Position numbers and translations under genes: made by a program. Below, piece after piece: positions 37,582 through 46,936 of a stretch of DNA of 64,000 nucleotides. The DNA is from Candidatus Amphirhobacter heronislandensis (GTDB lineage Bacteria; Pseudomonadota; Gammaproteobacteria; Tethybacterales; Tethybacteraceae). The stretch's first letter is position 1, and each line of letters opens with the position of its first letter. A model generated the notes under the pieces. It was not told the DNA's origin and did no database searches. It saw only the letters and a program-made list of their open reading frames with translations. The DNA lies in assembly GCA_001750625.1 (NCBI GenBank), contig MEIE01000001.1, positions 9,316-73,315 of the forward strand. The letters are read 5' to 3'.

Positions 37582-38547
37582 TTAACCATTAAGCAGCGCG
37601 GCCGCGAGCCGCTCGCGGTCCGCGAGGCAGCGCGCAAGGCGCCGGCGGAACACCACCGGGTCATGCGGCTGCAGGGCGTAGGCGTCCCGCGGCCGCGCCA
37701 CGTCCAGCAGCCGCGACAGCCAAAAGCGCAGCGCGCCGGCCACCAGCGCGTCCCCGAAGGCGGCGGCCTCGGCGGCGTCCGGCGCCCGGCCGGCCCGGTA
37801 GGCCGCGAGCAGGGCGGCCAGCCGCGGCCCGTCGACCGCGCCGTCCTCGTCCATGGTCCAGTCGATGGCCGCGACCGCCAGGTCGAAGAGCAAAAAGTCC
37901 TCGCCGGCGAAGTAAAAGTCGATGACGCCGGCGATCGCGCCGTCGCGCCACAGGAAGTTGTTGCGGAACAGGTCGCAGTGGCAGGCGCCGCGCGGCAGGC
38001 CGCTGGCCTGCAGGGCCTCGTCGCGGGCCAGGGCGGCGTCCAGCAGCTCCTGGTCGGCGGCGGGGAGGCTTGGCCGCAGCTCGGCGGCCGTTTCCCGCCG
38101 CCAGGCGGCGCCGCGCGGATTGGGCAGCAGCGGCGCGAAGTCGGCGGCCGCGCGGTGCAGGCGCGCGATCGCGCCCCCGGCCAGGCCGCATTGGCTGGCG
38201 TCCGGCGCCGGCAGCCAGGCGCCGTCGACGAAATCGACGACGACCGCCGGCTTGGCGGCGAAGACGCCGAGCGGGCCGTCGCGCAGGCGGTTGCGCAGCG
38301 GCCGGGGGACGGGCTCGCCGCGGTCGTGCAGGTGCCGCGCCAGCCGGACGCACCAGCCGGCCAGCTCCTCGTCCCAGACCTCGATGACGGTGAAGATGTA
38401 GCGGGCGCCGTCGGCCGCGGTGAAGCGGTAGTTGCTGTTCTCAATCCCCTCGGTGATCGGCTCGAGCTCGCCGGTGAGCTCGATGCCGTAGTTGTCCCGC
38501 AGCCACGGCGCGGCGTCGGCGTGGTCCGCCTGGGTGAAGACCGCCAT
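37582..38547 (-). CDS. thrB: Homoserine kinase type II (Pseudomonas-type ThrB, aminoglycoside-phosphotransferase fold)
   Basis: MAVFTQ...GIENSNYRF...CHCDLFRNNFLW...FWLSRLLD matches type II ThrB. The 5' extension in the ORF track (Arg/Pro-rich) is spurious. Confidence 0.8.
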   Translation of the reverse strand: MAVFTQADHADAAPWLRDNYGIELTGELEPITEGIENSNYRFTAADGARYIFTVIEVWDEELAGWCVRLARHLHDRGEPVPRPLRNRLRDGPLGVFAAKPAVVVDFVDGAWLPAPDASQCGLAGGAIARLHRAAADFAPLLPNPRGAAWRRETAAELRPSLPAADQELLDAALARDEALQASGLPRGACHCDLFRNNFLWRDGAIAGVIDFYFAGEDFLLFDLAVAAIDWTMDEDGAVDGPRLAALLAAYRAGRAPDAAEAAAFGDALVAGALRFWLSRLLDVARPRDAYALQPHDPVVFRRRLARCLADRERLAAALLNG

Positions 38548-38555
38548 GCCGGAGA

Positions 38556-39470
38556 TTAGCTCCCCGCGAGCGCCTGGCGCATGCGCTGGGCCGCCCGCTC
38601 GACGGCGAAGACGCTGGCGCAGCCGACGGCGAACAGGACGGCGGCGTAGGCGAGGCCGGGCTCGGCCGCCGGCAGGACGTTGGCCTGCAGGATGACGCGG
38701 ACGCCGTCCGCCGGCTCCTTCCACGGCCACAGCTTGACGACCGCGCCGAGCATGACGCCGATCAACAGGGCGAGGGTCCGGTCGCGCCAGCGCCGCAGGA
38801 TCCAGCCCAGCAGCCGGGCGAACAGCGCGAGGCCGCCGATGCCGCCGGCGGCGAAGACGGCGATGACCGCGAGGTCGCGCTGGTGCAGGGCCTCGATCAG
38901 ATGCGGATAGAAGCCGAACAGCAGCAGCAGCAGGCTGCCGGAGATGCCCGGCAGGATCATCGCGCACAGGGCGAGGGCGCCGGCGGCGAAAAAAGCGTAC
39001 AGCGGCGGCGCGGCCGCGCTCTCGGCGGGCGCGAGCAGGCCCACCGCCAGCGCCAGCGCGAGGCCGGCGGCGGCGCAGGCGGCGAGGTCGGCGCGCGGCC
39101 GCAGCTCCCGCGCCAGCCAGGCGGCGGCGCTGAGCGTCAGACCGAGGAAAAAGGCGAGGATCAAAGCGGTGTGCTCGGCGAGCAGCAGATGGACGAGGTC
39201 GGCGCCGGCGAAGATCGCGACCGCGGCGCCGGCGAGCAGCACGGCCAAGAAGCTGCCGTCGACGCTGCGCCAGAACAGGCGGATCTCGCCGCGCAGCAGC
39301 TGCAGCAGCACCGCCGGGCTCGAGCCGAGGCGGATGCAGTTGAGCAGGCGCTCGTAGATGCCGGTGATGAAGGCGATGGTCCCGCCGGAGACGCCCGGGA
39401 TCAGGTCGGCGATGCCGATCAGCATGCCGCGCGCGAAGACGCCGGCGTGCCGGGCGACCGCCGGATGCAT
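38556..39470 (-). CDS. DUF368 domain-containing membrane protein
   Basis: 304 aa polytopic protein, MHPAVARHAGVFARGMLIGIADLIPGVSGGTIAFITG. Embedded at the 3' end of a 1134 aa artefactual ORF. Confidence 0.6.
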   Translation of the reverse strand: MHPAVARHAGVFARGMLIGIADLIPGVSGGTIAFITGIYERLLNCIRLGSSPAVLLQLLRGEIRLFWRSVDGSFLAVLLAGAAVAIFAGADLVHLLLAEHTALILAFFLGLTLSAAAWLARELRPRADLAACAAAGLALALAVGLLAPAESAAAPPLYAFFAAGALALCAMILPGISGSLLLLLFGFYPHLIEALHQRDLAVIAVFAAGGIGGLALFARLLGWILRRWRDRTLALLIGVMLGAVVKLWPWKEPADGVRVILQANVLPAAEPGLAYAAVLFAVGCASVFAVERAAQRMRQALAGS

Positions 39471-40240
39471 CAGCCGGCGAGGATCTTGAGCGCCTGCTCG
39501 AGCAGCGAGGCGCTGCCGGCGGCGATCAGGTCGCTGGGCTGGCCCGGCACCGGCGGCCGGCCGCTGAAATCGCTGCAGCAGGCGCCGGCGTGCGCGAGCA
39601 CCGGCAGCAGCGCGGTGAAGTCGTGCGGCTGCAGGCCTTCGTCGAGGGCGATGTCCAGGCGGCCGCTGGCGACGCAGGCGAAGTTGTAGGCGTCGCCGCC
39701 GTAGCGGGTGAACGCCGCCTGGGCGCAGAGCTCGGCGCCGCGCGGATGGCGCAGGGGCGCGGTGACCGCGACCGAGGCCTCCGCCAGCTTTTCCTTGGCC
39801 GACGCGAGGCCGGCCAGCGGCCGCTCGCCGTCGGGGCCGGCGACGACGCCCTGGCCGCCGCCGGCGGCCCAGCGCTGCCGCAGCATCGGGACTTCGATCA
39901 CGCCGGCGGCGAAGGACCCGTCGGCGACCAGCCCCGCCAGGCTGCAGAACAGGGGGCTGCCGCTGGCGAAGGCCTTGGTGCCGTCGATGGGATCGAGCAC
40001 CCAGCAGCGCGCGCCGGTCTCCTGGCCCAGCTCCTCGCCCCAGACCGCGTCGGACGGTACCAGCTCGGCGAGCAGTCCGCGCATGGCGCGCTCGCAGGCG
40101 AGGTCGGCGTCGGTCACCGGGCTGCCGTCGTCCTTGGTCCGGACGCCGAAATCCGCGGCGGTGGCGCGGGGGATGAGGATTTCGCGGGCGACCTCGCCCA
40201 GCCGGATGGCGATGTCGAAATCGGTCACGGTTGCGGTCAT
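39470..40240 (-). CDS. Inositol monophosphatase family protein (possible histidinol-phosphatase HisN / CysQ-like)
   Basis: WVLDPIDGTKAF motif of the IMPase/FBPase superfamily, 256 aa. Confidence 0.7.
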   Translation of the reverse strand: MTATVTDFDIAIRLGEVAREILIPRATAADFGVRTKDDGSPVTDADLACERAMRGLLAELVPSDAVWGEELGQETGARCWVLDPIDGTKAFASGSPLFCSLAGLVADGSFAAGVIEVPMLRQRWAAGGGQGVVAGPDGERPLAGLASAKEKLAEASVAVTAPLRHPRGAELCAQAAFTRYGGDAYNFACVASGRLDIALDEGLQPHDFTALLPVLAHAGACCSDFSGRPPVPGQPSDLIAAGSASLLEQALKILAG

Positions 40241-40343
40241 CGATGCTGGACTGGCGGCTTGCGCCGGTCCGGCGCCCGTGCGGCTGCGGGAATTTTAATA
40301 CACCGCCGCGCCGCGCCGGGGCGTATAATCGCCTGCGAACGAG

Positions 40344-41261
40344 ATGTCGGAGCCAGCCAGCATCGAGACCGTGGCCGCCGGCCTCGCCGCGCTGCAGGAA
40401 CAGATCGCCGCCGGCCTCGCCGCGGCCGATGGCGGCGTGTTCGTCCGCCGCCGCTGGAACTCGCAGCTGGGCGAGGGCACGGGCCTGCTGCTCGAGGACG
40501 GCGCGGTGCTCGAGCGCGCCGGGGTCAGCATGTCCGAGGTGGCCGCTTCCTCCCTGCCGCCGGCCGCGTCCGCCGCCCGGCCCGAGCTGGCCGGCCGGCC
40601 CTACCGCGCCGCCGGCGTCTCGGTGGTCGTCCATCCGCGCAATCCCTACGCGCCGACCGTCCATCTCAACCTGCGGTTTTTCACCACCGCCGACGCCGAT
40701 CCGGCCTGGTGGTTCGGCGGCGGCATGGACCTCACGCCGCACTACGGCTTCGTCGAGGACTGCCGGCATTTCCATCTGACCTGCAAACAGGCCCTCGAGC
40801 CGCACGGCGCCGAGCTGCATCCGCGCTTCAAGGCGGCCTGCGACGAGTATTTCTTCATCAAGCACCGGCGGCAGGCGCGCGGCATCGGCGGCGTCTTCTT
40901 CGACGACCACGCCGCGGGCGGCTTCGCCAAGGCCTGGGCCTGCGCGGCCGGCGTCGGCGCCGCCTTCCTGCCGGCCTACCTGCCGATCCTCGAGCGCCGC
41001 CGCGGCATGGACTACGGGCCGGCGCAGCGCGCCCACCAGCTGTTTAGGCGCGGCCGCTACGTCGAGTTCAACCTCGTCCAGGACCGCGGGACGCTGTTCG
41101 GGCTGCAGTCCGGCGGCGAGATCGACGCGATCTTGATGTCGCTGCCGCCGCTGGCCGGCTGGGACGCGCTCGCCGCCGGCCGCGACCCGCGCGACGAGGA
41201 GGTCCTGGCGCGCGATTTCCTCCAGCCCCGCGACTGGCTCGCGGCCGCGGCGGAAAGCTAG
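40344..41261 (+). CDS. hemF: Oxygen-dependent coproporphyrinogen-III oxidase
   Basis: 305 aa, HPRNPYAPTVHLNLRFF...GGGMDLTPHYGF...FFIKHRRQARGIGGVFFD. Classic HemF. Confidence 0.9.
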   Translation: MSEPASIETVAAGLAALQEQIAAGLAAADGGVFVRRRWNSQLGEGTGLLLEDGAVLERAGVSMSEVAASSLPPAASAARPELAGRPYRAAGVSVVVHPRNPYAPTVHLNLRFFTTADADPAWWFGGGMDLTPHYGFVEDCRHFHLTCKQALEPHGAELHPRFKAACDEYFFIKHRRQARGIGGVFFDDHAAGGFAKAWACAAGVGAAFLPAYLPILERRRGMDYGPAQRAHQLFRRGRYVEFNLVQDRGTLFGLQSGGEIDAILMSLPPLAGWDALAAGRDPRDEEVLARDFLQPRDWLAAAAES

Positions 41262-42457
41262 AGCAGGTCGTCGAGAACCAGGGCGTCGACTTCGTCGCCG
41301 GCGGCCAGCTTCGTCGCGCGCAGCGGCATCCGCACCAGGCAGTTCGCTTCGGCGAGCGCCGCCAGCGAAGCCGAATCCTGCTGGGCGCACAGTTTCACCT
41401 GCGGGCCGCTGCGGCCCTGGCTCAGGCGGGCGCGCAGGTACTCGGTGCGCGGCGTGCTCTTGCGCCAGCCGCCGCGCAGCCGGGCGCGGACGACCGGCGG
41501 CTGCGGCAGGGGATCGCAGCCGGCGAGATGCAGCAGCGCCGGCAGCGCCAGCAGCATGTAGGTGACGAAGGCCGAGGCCGGATTGCCGGGCAGGCCGAGC
41601 ACCGGCGTTGCGTCCAGCTCGCCGAGGACGAAGGGCTTGCCCGGCTTGATCGCGACCCGCCAGCTGGTCAGGCGGCCGCGCTCGGCGAGCACCGCCTTGA
41701 CGAGGTCGCGCTCGCCCACCGAGGCGCCGCCGGAGGTCAGCAGCAGGTCGCAGGCGGCCGCGGCCTCGCGCATGCGCTCTTCGAGCGCGGCGCGCTCGTC
41801 GTGGATCAGGCCGCAGTCGCGGGCCTCGAAACCGTGCTGGGCGAGCAGGGCGAGCAGCATGCCGCGGTTGGCGTCGTGGCAGCAGCCGGGGTCCAGCCGC
41901 GCGCCGCCGTCGCGCAGCTCGTCGCCGGTCGACATCACGCCCACCGTCGGCCGCCGCCACACCTCGACCCGGTCGACGCCGAGGCCGTGCAGCAGGGCCA
42001 GGTCGCGGGCGCCGAGCCGCTGGCCGCGCTTGGCCGCCGGCGTCCCGCGCCGGACGTCGGCGCCGGCCGGCCGGATGTTGGCCGCGCGTGGGGCAGCGGC
42101 CGCGGTGATGCGCTCCGCGTCCGCGGTCACCGTCTCCCAGGGCAGGACCGCGTCGAGGCCGGCCGGGACCCAGGCGCCGGTGGCGATCTTGACGCAGGTG
42201 CCGGGCGGGACGGCGCCGGTCCAGGGCGCGCCGGCGACGGCCGCGCCGATTACCGGCAGGGGCCCGGGCAGGTCGCGGCGGCGGACGGCGTAGCCGTCCA
42301 TGGTCGCGGTCGCGCCGCCCGGCAGGTCCAGCGGGCTGGCCAGGTCGCGGGCGCAGACGCGGCCGCGCAGGGCCGGGCCGAGGGGCAGGAGCTCGCTGGC
42401 CGCGACCGGCGCGACCGCCTGGACGACGGCGCGCAGCATGGCGGCTTCGCTGAGCAT
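41258..42457 (-). CDS. moeA: Molybdopterin molybdenumtransferase MoeA
   Basis: SPLDLPGGATATMDGYAVRRRDL...LTSGGASVGERD...GLPGNPASAF. Start uncertain: Met at 42457 aligns best with E. coli, alternatives at 42481 and 42565. Confidence 0.8.
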   Translation of the reverse strand: MLSEAAMLRAVVQAVAPVAASELLPLGPALRGRVCARDLASPLDLPGGATATMDGYAVRRRDLPGPLPVIGAAVAGAPWTGAVPPGTCVKIATGAWVPAGLDAVLPWETVTADAERITAAAAPRAANIRPAGADVRRGTPAAKRGQRLGARDLALLHGLGVDRVEVWRRPTVGVMSTGDELRDGGARLDPGCCHDANRGMLLALLAQHGFEARDCGLIHDERAALEERMREAAAACDLLLTSGGASVGERDLVKAVLAERGRLTSWRVAIKPGKPFVLGELDATPVLGLPGNPASAFVTYMLLALPALLHLAGCDPLPQPPVVRARLRGGWRKSTPRTEYLRARLSQGRSGPQVKLCAQQDSASLAALAEANCLVRMPLRATKLAAGDEVDALVLDDLL

Positions 42458-42527
42458 CCGGGGGGCGCGCGGCGGGGCCATGGCCGCAGATTCTAGTAAC
42501 TGCCCGAATCTGGCGTTAAAATTGCCG

Positions 42528-43088
42528 ATGGGCGCCATGGGCAAGACGGGCAAGGCCAAGGACAATCTCCTGTGGATTGATCTTGAGATGACGGGACTGG
42601 ATCCTCAGCAGGACCAGATCCTGGAGGTGGCGCTGCTGGTGACCAGCAGCGACCTGGAGATCGTGGCCAAGGCGCCGAGCTGGGTGCTGGGCTGCGACGC
42701 CGAGGTCCTCGAGCGCATGGACAAGTGGAACAGCAGCACGCACGCGCGCAGCGGCCTGCTGGACGAGGTCCGCAATTCGCGCCTGACGGCGGCCGAGTGC
42801 GAGCGGCAGGCCCTGGCCTTCGTCCGCAAGCACGTCGGCGTGCGGGAGTCGCCGATGTGCGGCAACACCATCTGCCAGGACCGGCGCTTCCTGGCCCGGC
42901 TGATGCCCGAGCTGCACGACTACTTCCACTACCGCAACCTCGACGTGACCAGCTTCAAGATCGCCTGCCAGCGCTGGCTCGAAGGCGGCGGCCCCTCCCT
43001 CGCCAAGCCCGAGACCGAGCACCGGGCGCTGCAGGACATCGAGCAGTCGGTCGAGGAGATGAAGATCTACCGCCGCATGCTGTTCTAG
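42528..43088 (+). CDS. orn: Oligoribonuclease
   Basis: DNLLWIDLEMTGLDPQQDQILEVALLVT...MCGNTICQDRRFL...YFHYRNLDVTSFK, DEDDh exonuclease motifs. Confidence 0.9.
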   Translation: MGAMGKTGKAKDNLLWIDLEMTGLDPQQDQILEVALLVTSSDLEIVAKAPSWVLGCDAEVLERMDKWNSSTHARSGLLDEVRNSRLTAAECERQALAFVRKHVGVRESPMCGNTICQDRRFLARLMPELHDYFHYRNLDVTSFKIACQRWLEGGGPSLAKPETEHRALQDIEQSVEEMKIYRRMLF

Positions 43089-43090
43089 CA

Positions 43091-43603
43091 ATGGACGGCT
43101 ACGGCCAGCCGCCGCGCCGCCCGGGGACGCTGATGATCGTCCTCGGCTGGGCGCTGCTGTTCGCGGTCGTGGTGTACTTCTTCCATCACATGCTCTCCGC
43201 CCCCAACGTCAGCGAGTCGACGATCTTCATCGAGGACGGCCGCCAGAAGGTCAGCATCCGGGCCGACGCCTCGGGCCACTACAGCGCCCGCGGCAGCGTC
43301 AACGGCGTCCCCGTGGTCTTCGTGCTCGACACCGGCGCCAGCCAGGTCGCGCTGCCGCAGGAGGTCGCGGAGGCGGCCGGCCTCGAGCTGGGCCGCAGGA
43401 TCTCGGTGGGCACCGCCAACGGCACCGCCAGCGCCTGGGCCACCCGCATCGAGGAGCTCGAGTTCGCCGGCATGCGGTTCGCCAACGTCAGGGGCATCGT
43501 GCTCGAGAACATGGACGAGGACATGGTGCTGTTCGGCATGAACGCCATCCGCGGCCTCGACATGGCCCAGTCCGGCGGCGTCCTCGAGCTCAGCCGGCCC
43601 TAG
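43091..43603 (+). CDS. Membrane-anchored retropepsin-like aspartic protease (TIGR02281 / clan AA)
   Basis: N-terminal TM helix (IVLGWALLFAVVVYFF), then VFVLDTGASQVALP with the DTGA catalytic motif. Confidence 0.65.
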   Translation: MDGYGQPPRRPGTLMIVLGWALLFAVVVYFFHHMLSAPNVSESTIFIEDGRQKVSIRADASGHYSARGSVNGVPVVFVLDTGASQVALPQEVAEAAGLELGRRISVGTANGTASAWATRIEELEFAGMRFANVRGIVLENMDEDMVLFGMNAIRGLDMAQSGGVLELSRP

Positions 43604-45594
43604 GCCAGCAGGTTCCCCAGCCAAAAGTCCAGCCAGGGCTGCAGCGCCTCTAGCTGCTGCGCGTCCAGCCCGGCCAGCGCCTTTTGGGCCGCCTCGACGG
43701 CCGCGGCGTCGCGGAACAGGTCGGCGAAGACGTATTTGAAGGCGCGGGACTGCCGCTTGCCCACCAGGTCGCCGGGACCGCGCAGCCGCAGGTCCTCGCG
43801 GGCGATCGCGAAGCCGTCGCTCTCGGCGTGGATGACGCGCAGCCGCTTGACCGCCTGCTCGGCGAGGCCGGGGTCGTAGAGCAGGGCGCAGAAGCCCTTG
43901 CTGCTGCCGCGGCCGACGCGGCCGCGCAGCTGGTGCAGCTGCGACAGGCCGAGGCGCTCGGCGTGGTTGATGACGATGGCGTCCGCCTCGGGCGCGTCGA
44001 TGCCGACCTCGACGACGGTGGTCGCGACCAGCAGCCGGATGGCGCCGGTCTCGAACTCGTTCATCGCGGCGAGCTTGCGGGCGCTGTCCATGCTGCCGTG
44101 GATCAGCGCCGCCGGCAGGCCGGGCAGCAGCGCGCGGATGCGCTCGTACTCGTCTTCGGCGGCGCGCAGGCCGGCGGCCGCGCCCTGCTTGATCAGCGGG
44201 CAGATCCAGTAGGTCTGCAGCTGGTGGCGGACGATCTCGCGCAGGACCTCGTCGGTGCGGGAGGCGTTGAAGACCAGGGTCCGGATCGCGCCGCGCTGCG
44301 GCTTTTCGACCAGCCGCGAGGTGTCCAGGTGCGCGAGCATGCCCAGCTCGAGCGTGATCGGGATCGGCGTCGCGCTCATCATCAAGACGTGCGCGACCCG
44401 GGCCTTGCTCTCGAGCTTCTTGCGCTGCGCGACGCTGAAGCGCTGCTGCTCGTCGATCACCGCGAGGCTGAGCAGCGGCATCTCCACCTCGTCCTGGACC
44501 AGCGAATGGGTGCCGATGACCAAGAAGCAGTCCTGCTGCGTCGCCAGCCGCTGCAGCAGGGCGCGGCGCTCCGTCGCCTTGGTCGCGCTCACCAGCAGGT
44601 GGCACTCGAAGCCCAGGGCGGCGAAGATCGGCTTGAGCCGGCGGTGGTGCTGGCTCGCGAGGATGACGGTGGGGCACATGATGGCCGCCTGCCGCCCGGC
44701 CCGCAGCGCCAGCCAGCAGGCGAAGGCCGCGACCACGGTCTTGCCGCTGCCGACGTCGCCGTGCAGCAGCCGGCGCATGGCGCGGCTGCCGCCGAGGTCG
44801 GCCGCGATCTCCTCCATCGCGCCGCGCTGGCAGGCGGTGAGGACGAAGGGCAGCCGCTTGGCGAACTCGTCGATGGCGCCGGCCGGCGCGGCCAGCGCCG
44901 GCGCCTCGCTGTGCCGGATGCGGCTTTTCTGCCGCTGCTTGAAGGCGATGTGGGCGAGCCATTCGTCGAATTTCAGGCTCGGCAGCGCCCGTTTCTCGAT
45001 CAAGGGCAGCTCATGCGGCTGCGGCCGGTGCAGCAGGCGCAGGCTCTCGGCGAGCGGCAGGGTGCCGCTGCGGCGGCGCAGCGGCGGCGGCAGGGGGTCG
45101 CCCAGCTCCCGCAGCCGCAGCAGCTCGCGCTGGACGTGGCGCGCGATCACGGCCTCGCTGAAGCCCGCGACTTTCGGATAGCGGGCGGTCAGGTGCGCGG
45201 GCAGCGGCGCCTCGGCGCCGCGCAGCCGGGGATGGACCAGCCGCAGCGGCCCGCGGCGCAGCAGGCCGCCGCGCCCGCCCGCCTGCGGCTGGCCGAACAG
45301 CCGCAGCCGCTTGCCGACGGCCGTCGCCGACCGCATGCCCGGATTGAAGCGCACGAAGGTGACGGTCAGCCGGCCGGTGTCGTCCGCGAGCACGAACTCG
45401 AGGACGCGGTAAGTCGCGACCTGCTTCTCGCAGATTCCCTCGAACAGCGCCGGGACGCCGGGCTCCGCGTCGGCGATCGCGGTGACGCGGGTTTCGTCCT
45501 CGTAGTGGCTGGGCCGCAGCTTGAGCAGGTCCGCGGGACGCAGGCGGCCGCCCCGGGCGGCGCGCGCCTGCGGCTTGGCTCCGCGGGCCGCCAT
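43600..45594 (-). CDS. recG: ATP-dependent DNA helicase RecG
   Basis: 664 aa. Wedge domain, helicase motifs GDVGSGKT (Walker A), DEQQRFSV (DExx), HGSM and QLHQLRGRVGRG. Confidence 0.9.
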   Translation of the reverse strand: MAARGAKPQARAARGGRLRPADLLKLRPSHYEDETRVTAIADAEPGVPALFEGICEKQVATYRVLEFVLADDTGRLTVTFVRFNPGMRSATAVGKRLRLFGQPQAGGRGGLLRRGPLRLVHPRLRGAEAPLPAHLTARYPKVAGFSEAVIARHVQRELLRLRELGDPLPPPLRRRSGTLPLAESLRLLHRPQPHELPLIEKRALPSLKFDEWLAHIAFKQRQKSRIRHSEAPALAAPAGAIDEFAKRLPFVLTACQRGAMEEIAADLGGSRAMRRLLHGDVGSGKTVVAAFACWLALRAGRQAAIMCPTVILASQHHRRLKPIFAALGFECHLLVSATKATERRALLQRLATQQDCFLVIGTHSLVQDEVEMPLLSLAVIDEQQRFSVAQRKKLESKARVAHVLMMSATPIPITLELGMLAHLDTSRLVEKPQRGAIRTLVFNASRTDEVLREIVRHQLQTYWICPLIKQGAAAGLRAAEDEYERIRALLPGLPAALIHGSMDSARKLAAMNEFETGAIRLLVATTVVEVGIDAPEADAIVINHAERLGLSQLHQLRGRVGRGSSKGFCALLYDPGLAEQAVKRLRVIHAESDGFAIAREDLRLRGPGDLVGKRQSRAFKYVFADLFRDAAAVEAAQKALAGLDAQQLEALQPWLDFWLGNLLA

Positions 45595-45688
45595 TTCAGC
45601 CGGCCGCCGTCCCGCCCGGCCGCCGGGCCCGCCGAAGCGCGCTTATCATATAATAACGCGTTCAATTATAAGCAAGATTGGAGAACCC

Positions 45689-46492
45689 ATGGCGGAAGAA
45701 AACGAGGCGGAAAAGCCGAAAATGCCGATTCCGGAACTCGGCTTCGGGACGTATGGCCTGGAGGGAGACGCGGCGATTCAGGCGACCCTCGACGCCCTCG
45801 AGCTGGGCTACCGCCACATCGACACCGCCGACATCTACAACAACGAGGTCGAGATCGGCAAGGCGATAGTCGATTCGGGCATCCCCCGCGAAGACATCTT
45901 CATCACCACGAAGATCTGGCCGTCGAACTACGCCGAATCCAAGTTCCCCGAGGCCCTCGAGTCCGCCCTGCACTACCTGCAGACCTCGTACGTCGACCTG
46001 CTGCTGCTGCACTGGCCGCCGGAGGCTTCGGAGTACAAGAGCGTCTTCGAGCTGCTGTGCGCCGCCCGGGATTACCGGCGGCAGACGCGCTACATCGGCG
46101 TCAGCAACTTCGACAACCAGACGCTCAAGCAGGCGGTGAAGCAGACCGACAGCATCGACTGCCACCAGATCGAGCTGCATCCCTACTACGACCGGAGCGC
46201 CCTGATCCAGGTCAGCGAAAGCTACGGGATGAAGATCAACGCCTACTGCGCGCTCGCCGGCGGCAAGGTCATCGACGATCCCATCATCCAGGAGATCGCC
46301 ATCCAGACCGAGTCCTCGCCGGCGGCGGTGGCGCTGCGCTGGATGATCGACCGGGGCTACTCGGTCTCGACCACTTCCTCCAAGCGCTTCCACCTGCAGG
46401 AGAACCTGACCTACCGCGACATCAAGCTGTCCGACAAGCAGCGCAAGCGCATCGACAAGATGGCCCGGCCCAACGGCAGCGTGCTCGACTAG
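45689..46492 (+). CDS. Aldo/keto reductase (2,5-diketo-D-gluconate reductase-like)
   Basis: GFGTYGL...YRHIDTADIYNNE...IFITTKIW...LLLHWP...IGVSNF matches the AKR catalytic tetrad region. Confidence 0.8.
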   Translation: MAEENEAEKPKMPIPELGFGTYGLEGDAAIQATLDALELGYRHIDTADIYNNEVEIGKAIVDSGIPREDIFITTKIWPSNYAESKFPEALESALHYLQTSYVDLLLLHWPPEASEYKSVFELLCAARDYRRQTRYIGVSNFDNQTLKQAVKQTDSIDCHQIELHPYYDRSALIQVSESYGMKINAYCALAGGKVIDDPIIQEIAIQTESSPAAVALRWMIDRGYSVSTTSSKRFHLQENLTYRDIKLSDKQRKRIDKMARPNGSVLD

Positions 46493-46540
46493 CGCGCAGG
46501 CGCTTCCGCCCGCCGCCCAGCGGTTAAAATAATCGGCCAC

Positions 46541-46936
46541 ATGAGCAGTCCCGCCACCAGCGCCGCCGCCAGCGACGGCAAGCCGGCCGACGCCGCCAGC
46601 GCAGGCGGCCAGCCGCTCAATTTCAGCGAGGCCGCGGCCACCAAGGTCAAGGCGCTGCTCGCCGAGGAGGACAACGCCGAGCTCAAGCTGCGGGTCTTCG
46701 TCGCCGGCGGCGGCTGCTCCGGCTTCCAGTACGGCTTCACCTTCGACGAGAACCAGGACGATGACGACATCGTCCTCGAGAACTACGGGGTGACGCTGCT
46801 CGTCGACTCCATGAGCCTGCAGTACCTGACGGGCGCGGAGATCGACTACCAGGAGAAGCTCGAAGGCTCCCAGTTCGTCATCCACAACCCCAACGTCACC
46901 TCGACCTGCGGCTGCGGCTCGTCCTTCAGCGTCTAG
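46541..46936 (+). CDS. erpA: Iron-sulfur cluster insertion protein ErpA (A-type carrier, HesB/IscA family)
   Basis: [17 protein letters not shown] and the C-terminal CGCGSSF cysteine motifs. Confidence 0.85.
   Translation: MSSPATSAAASDGKPADAASAGGQPLNFSEAAATKVKALLAEEDNAELKLRVFVAGGGCSGFQYGFTFDENQDDDDIVLENYGVTLLVDSMSLQYLTGAEIDYQEKLEGSQFVIHNPNVTSTCGCGSSFSV

Noticed and set aside
38548-38967. Long 5' extensions predicted for thrB (to 38967), gshB (to 60549), uppP (to 37237), bamC (to 30475) and the 2-hydroxyacid dehydrogenase (to 5791)
   Set aside because: The extensions are Arg/Pro/Ala-rich with no homology. Internal Met codons align with the conserved N-termini of orthologues, so the shorter starts were used.
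45689-46492. Slightly lower-GC 5' end of the aldo/keto reductase gene and the AT-rich recG/AKR divergent gap as a possible horizontally acquired islet
   Set aside because: Composition recovers within ~100 nt. No flanking repeats or mobility genes, and the flanking genes (recG, erpA) are core. Ordinary promoter AT-richness is more likely.
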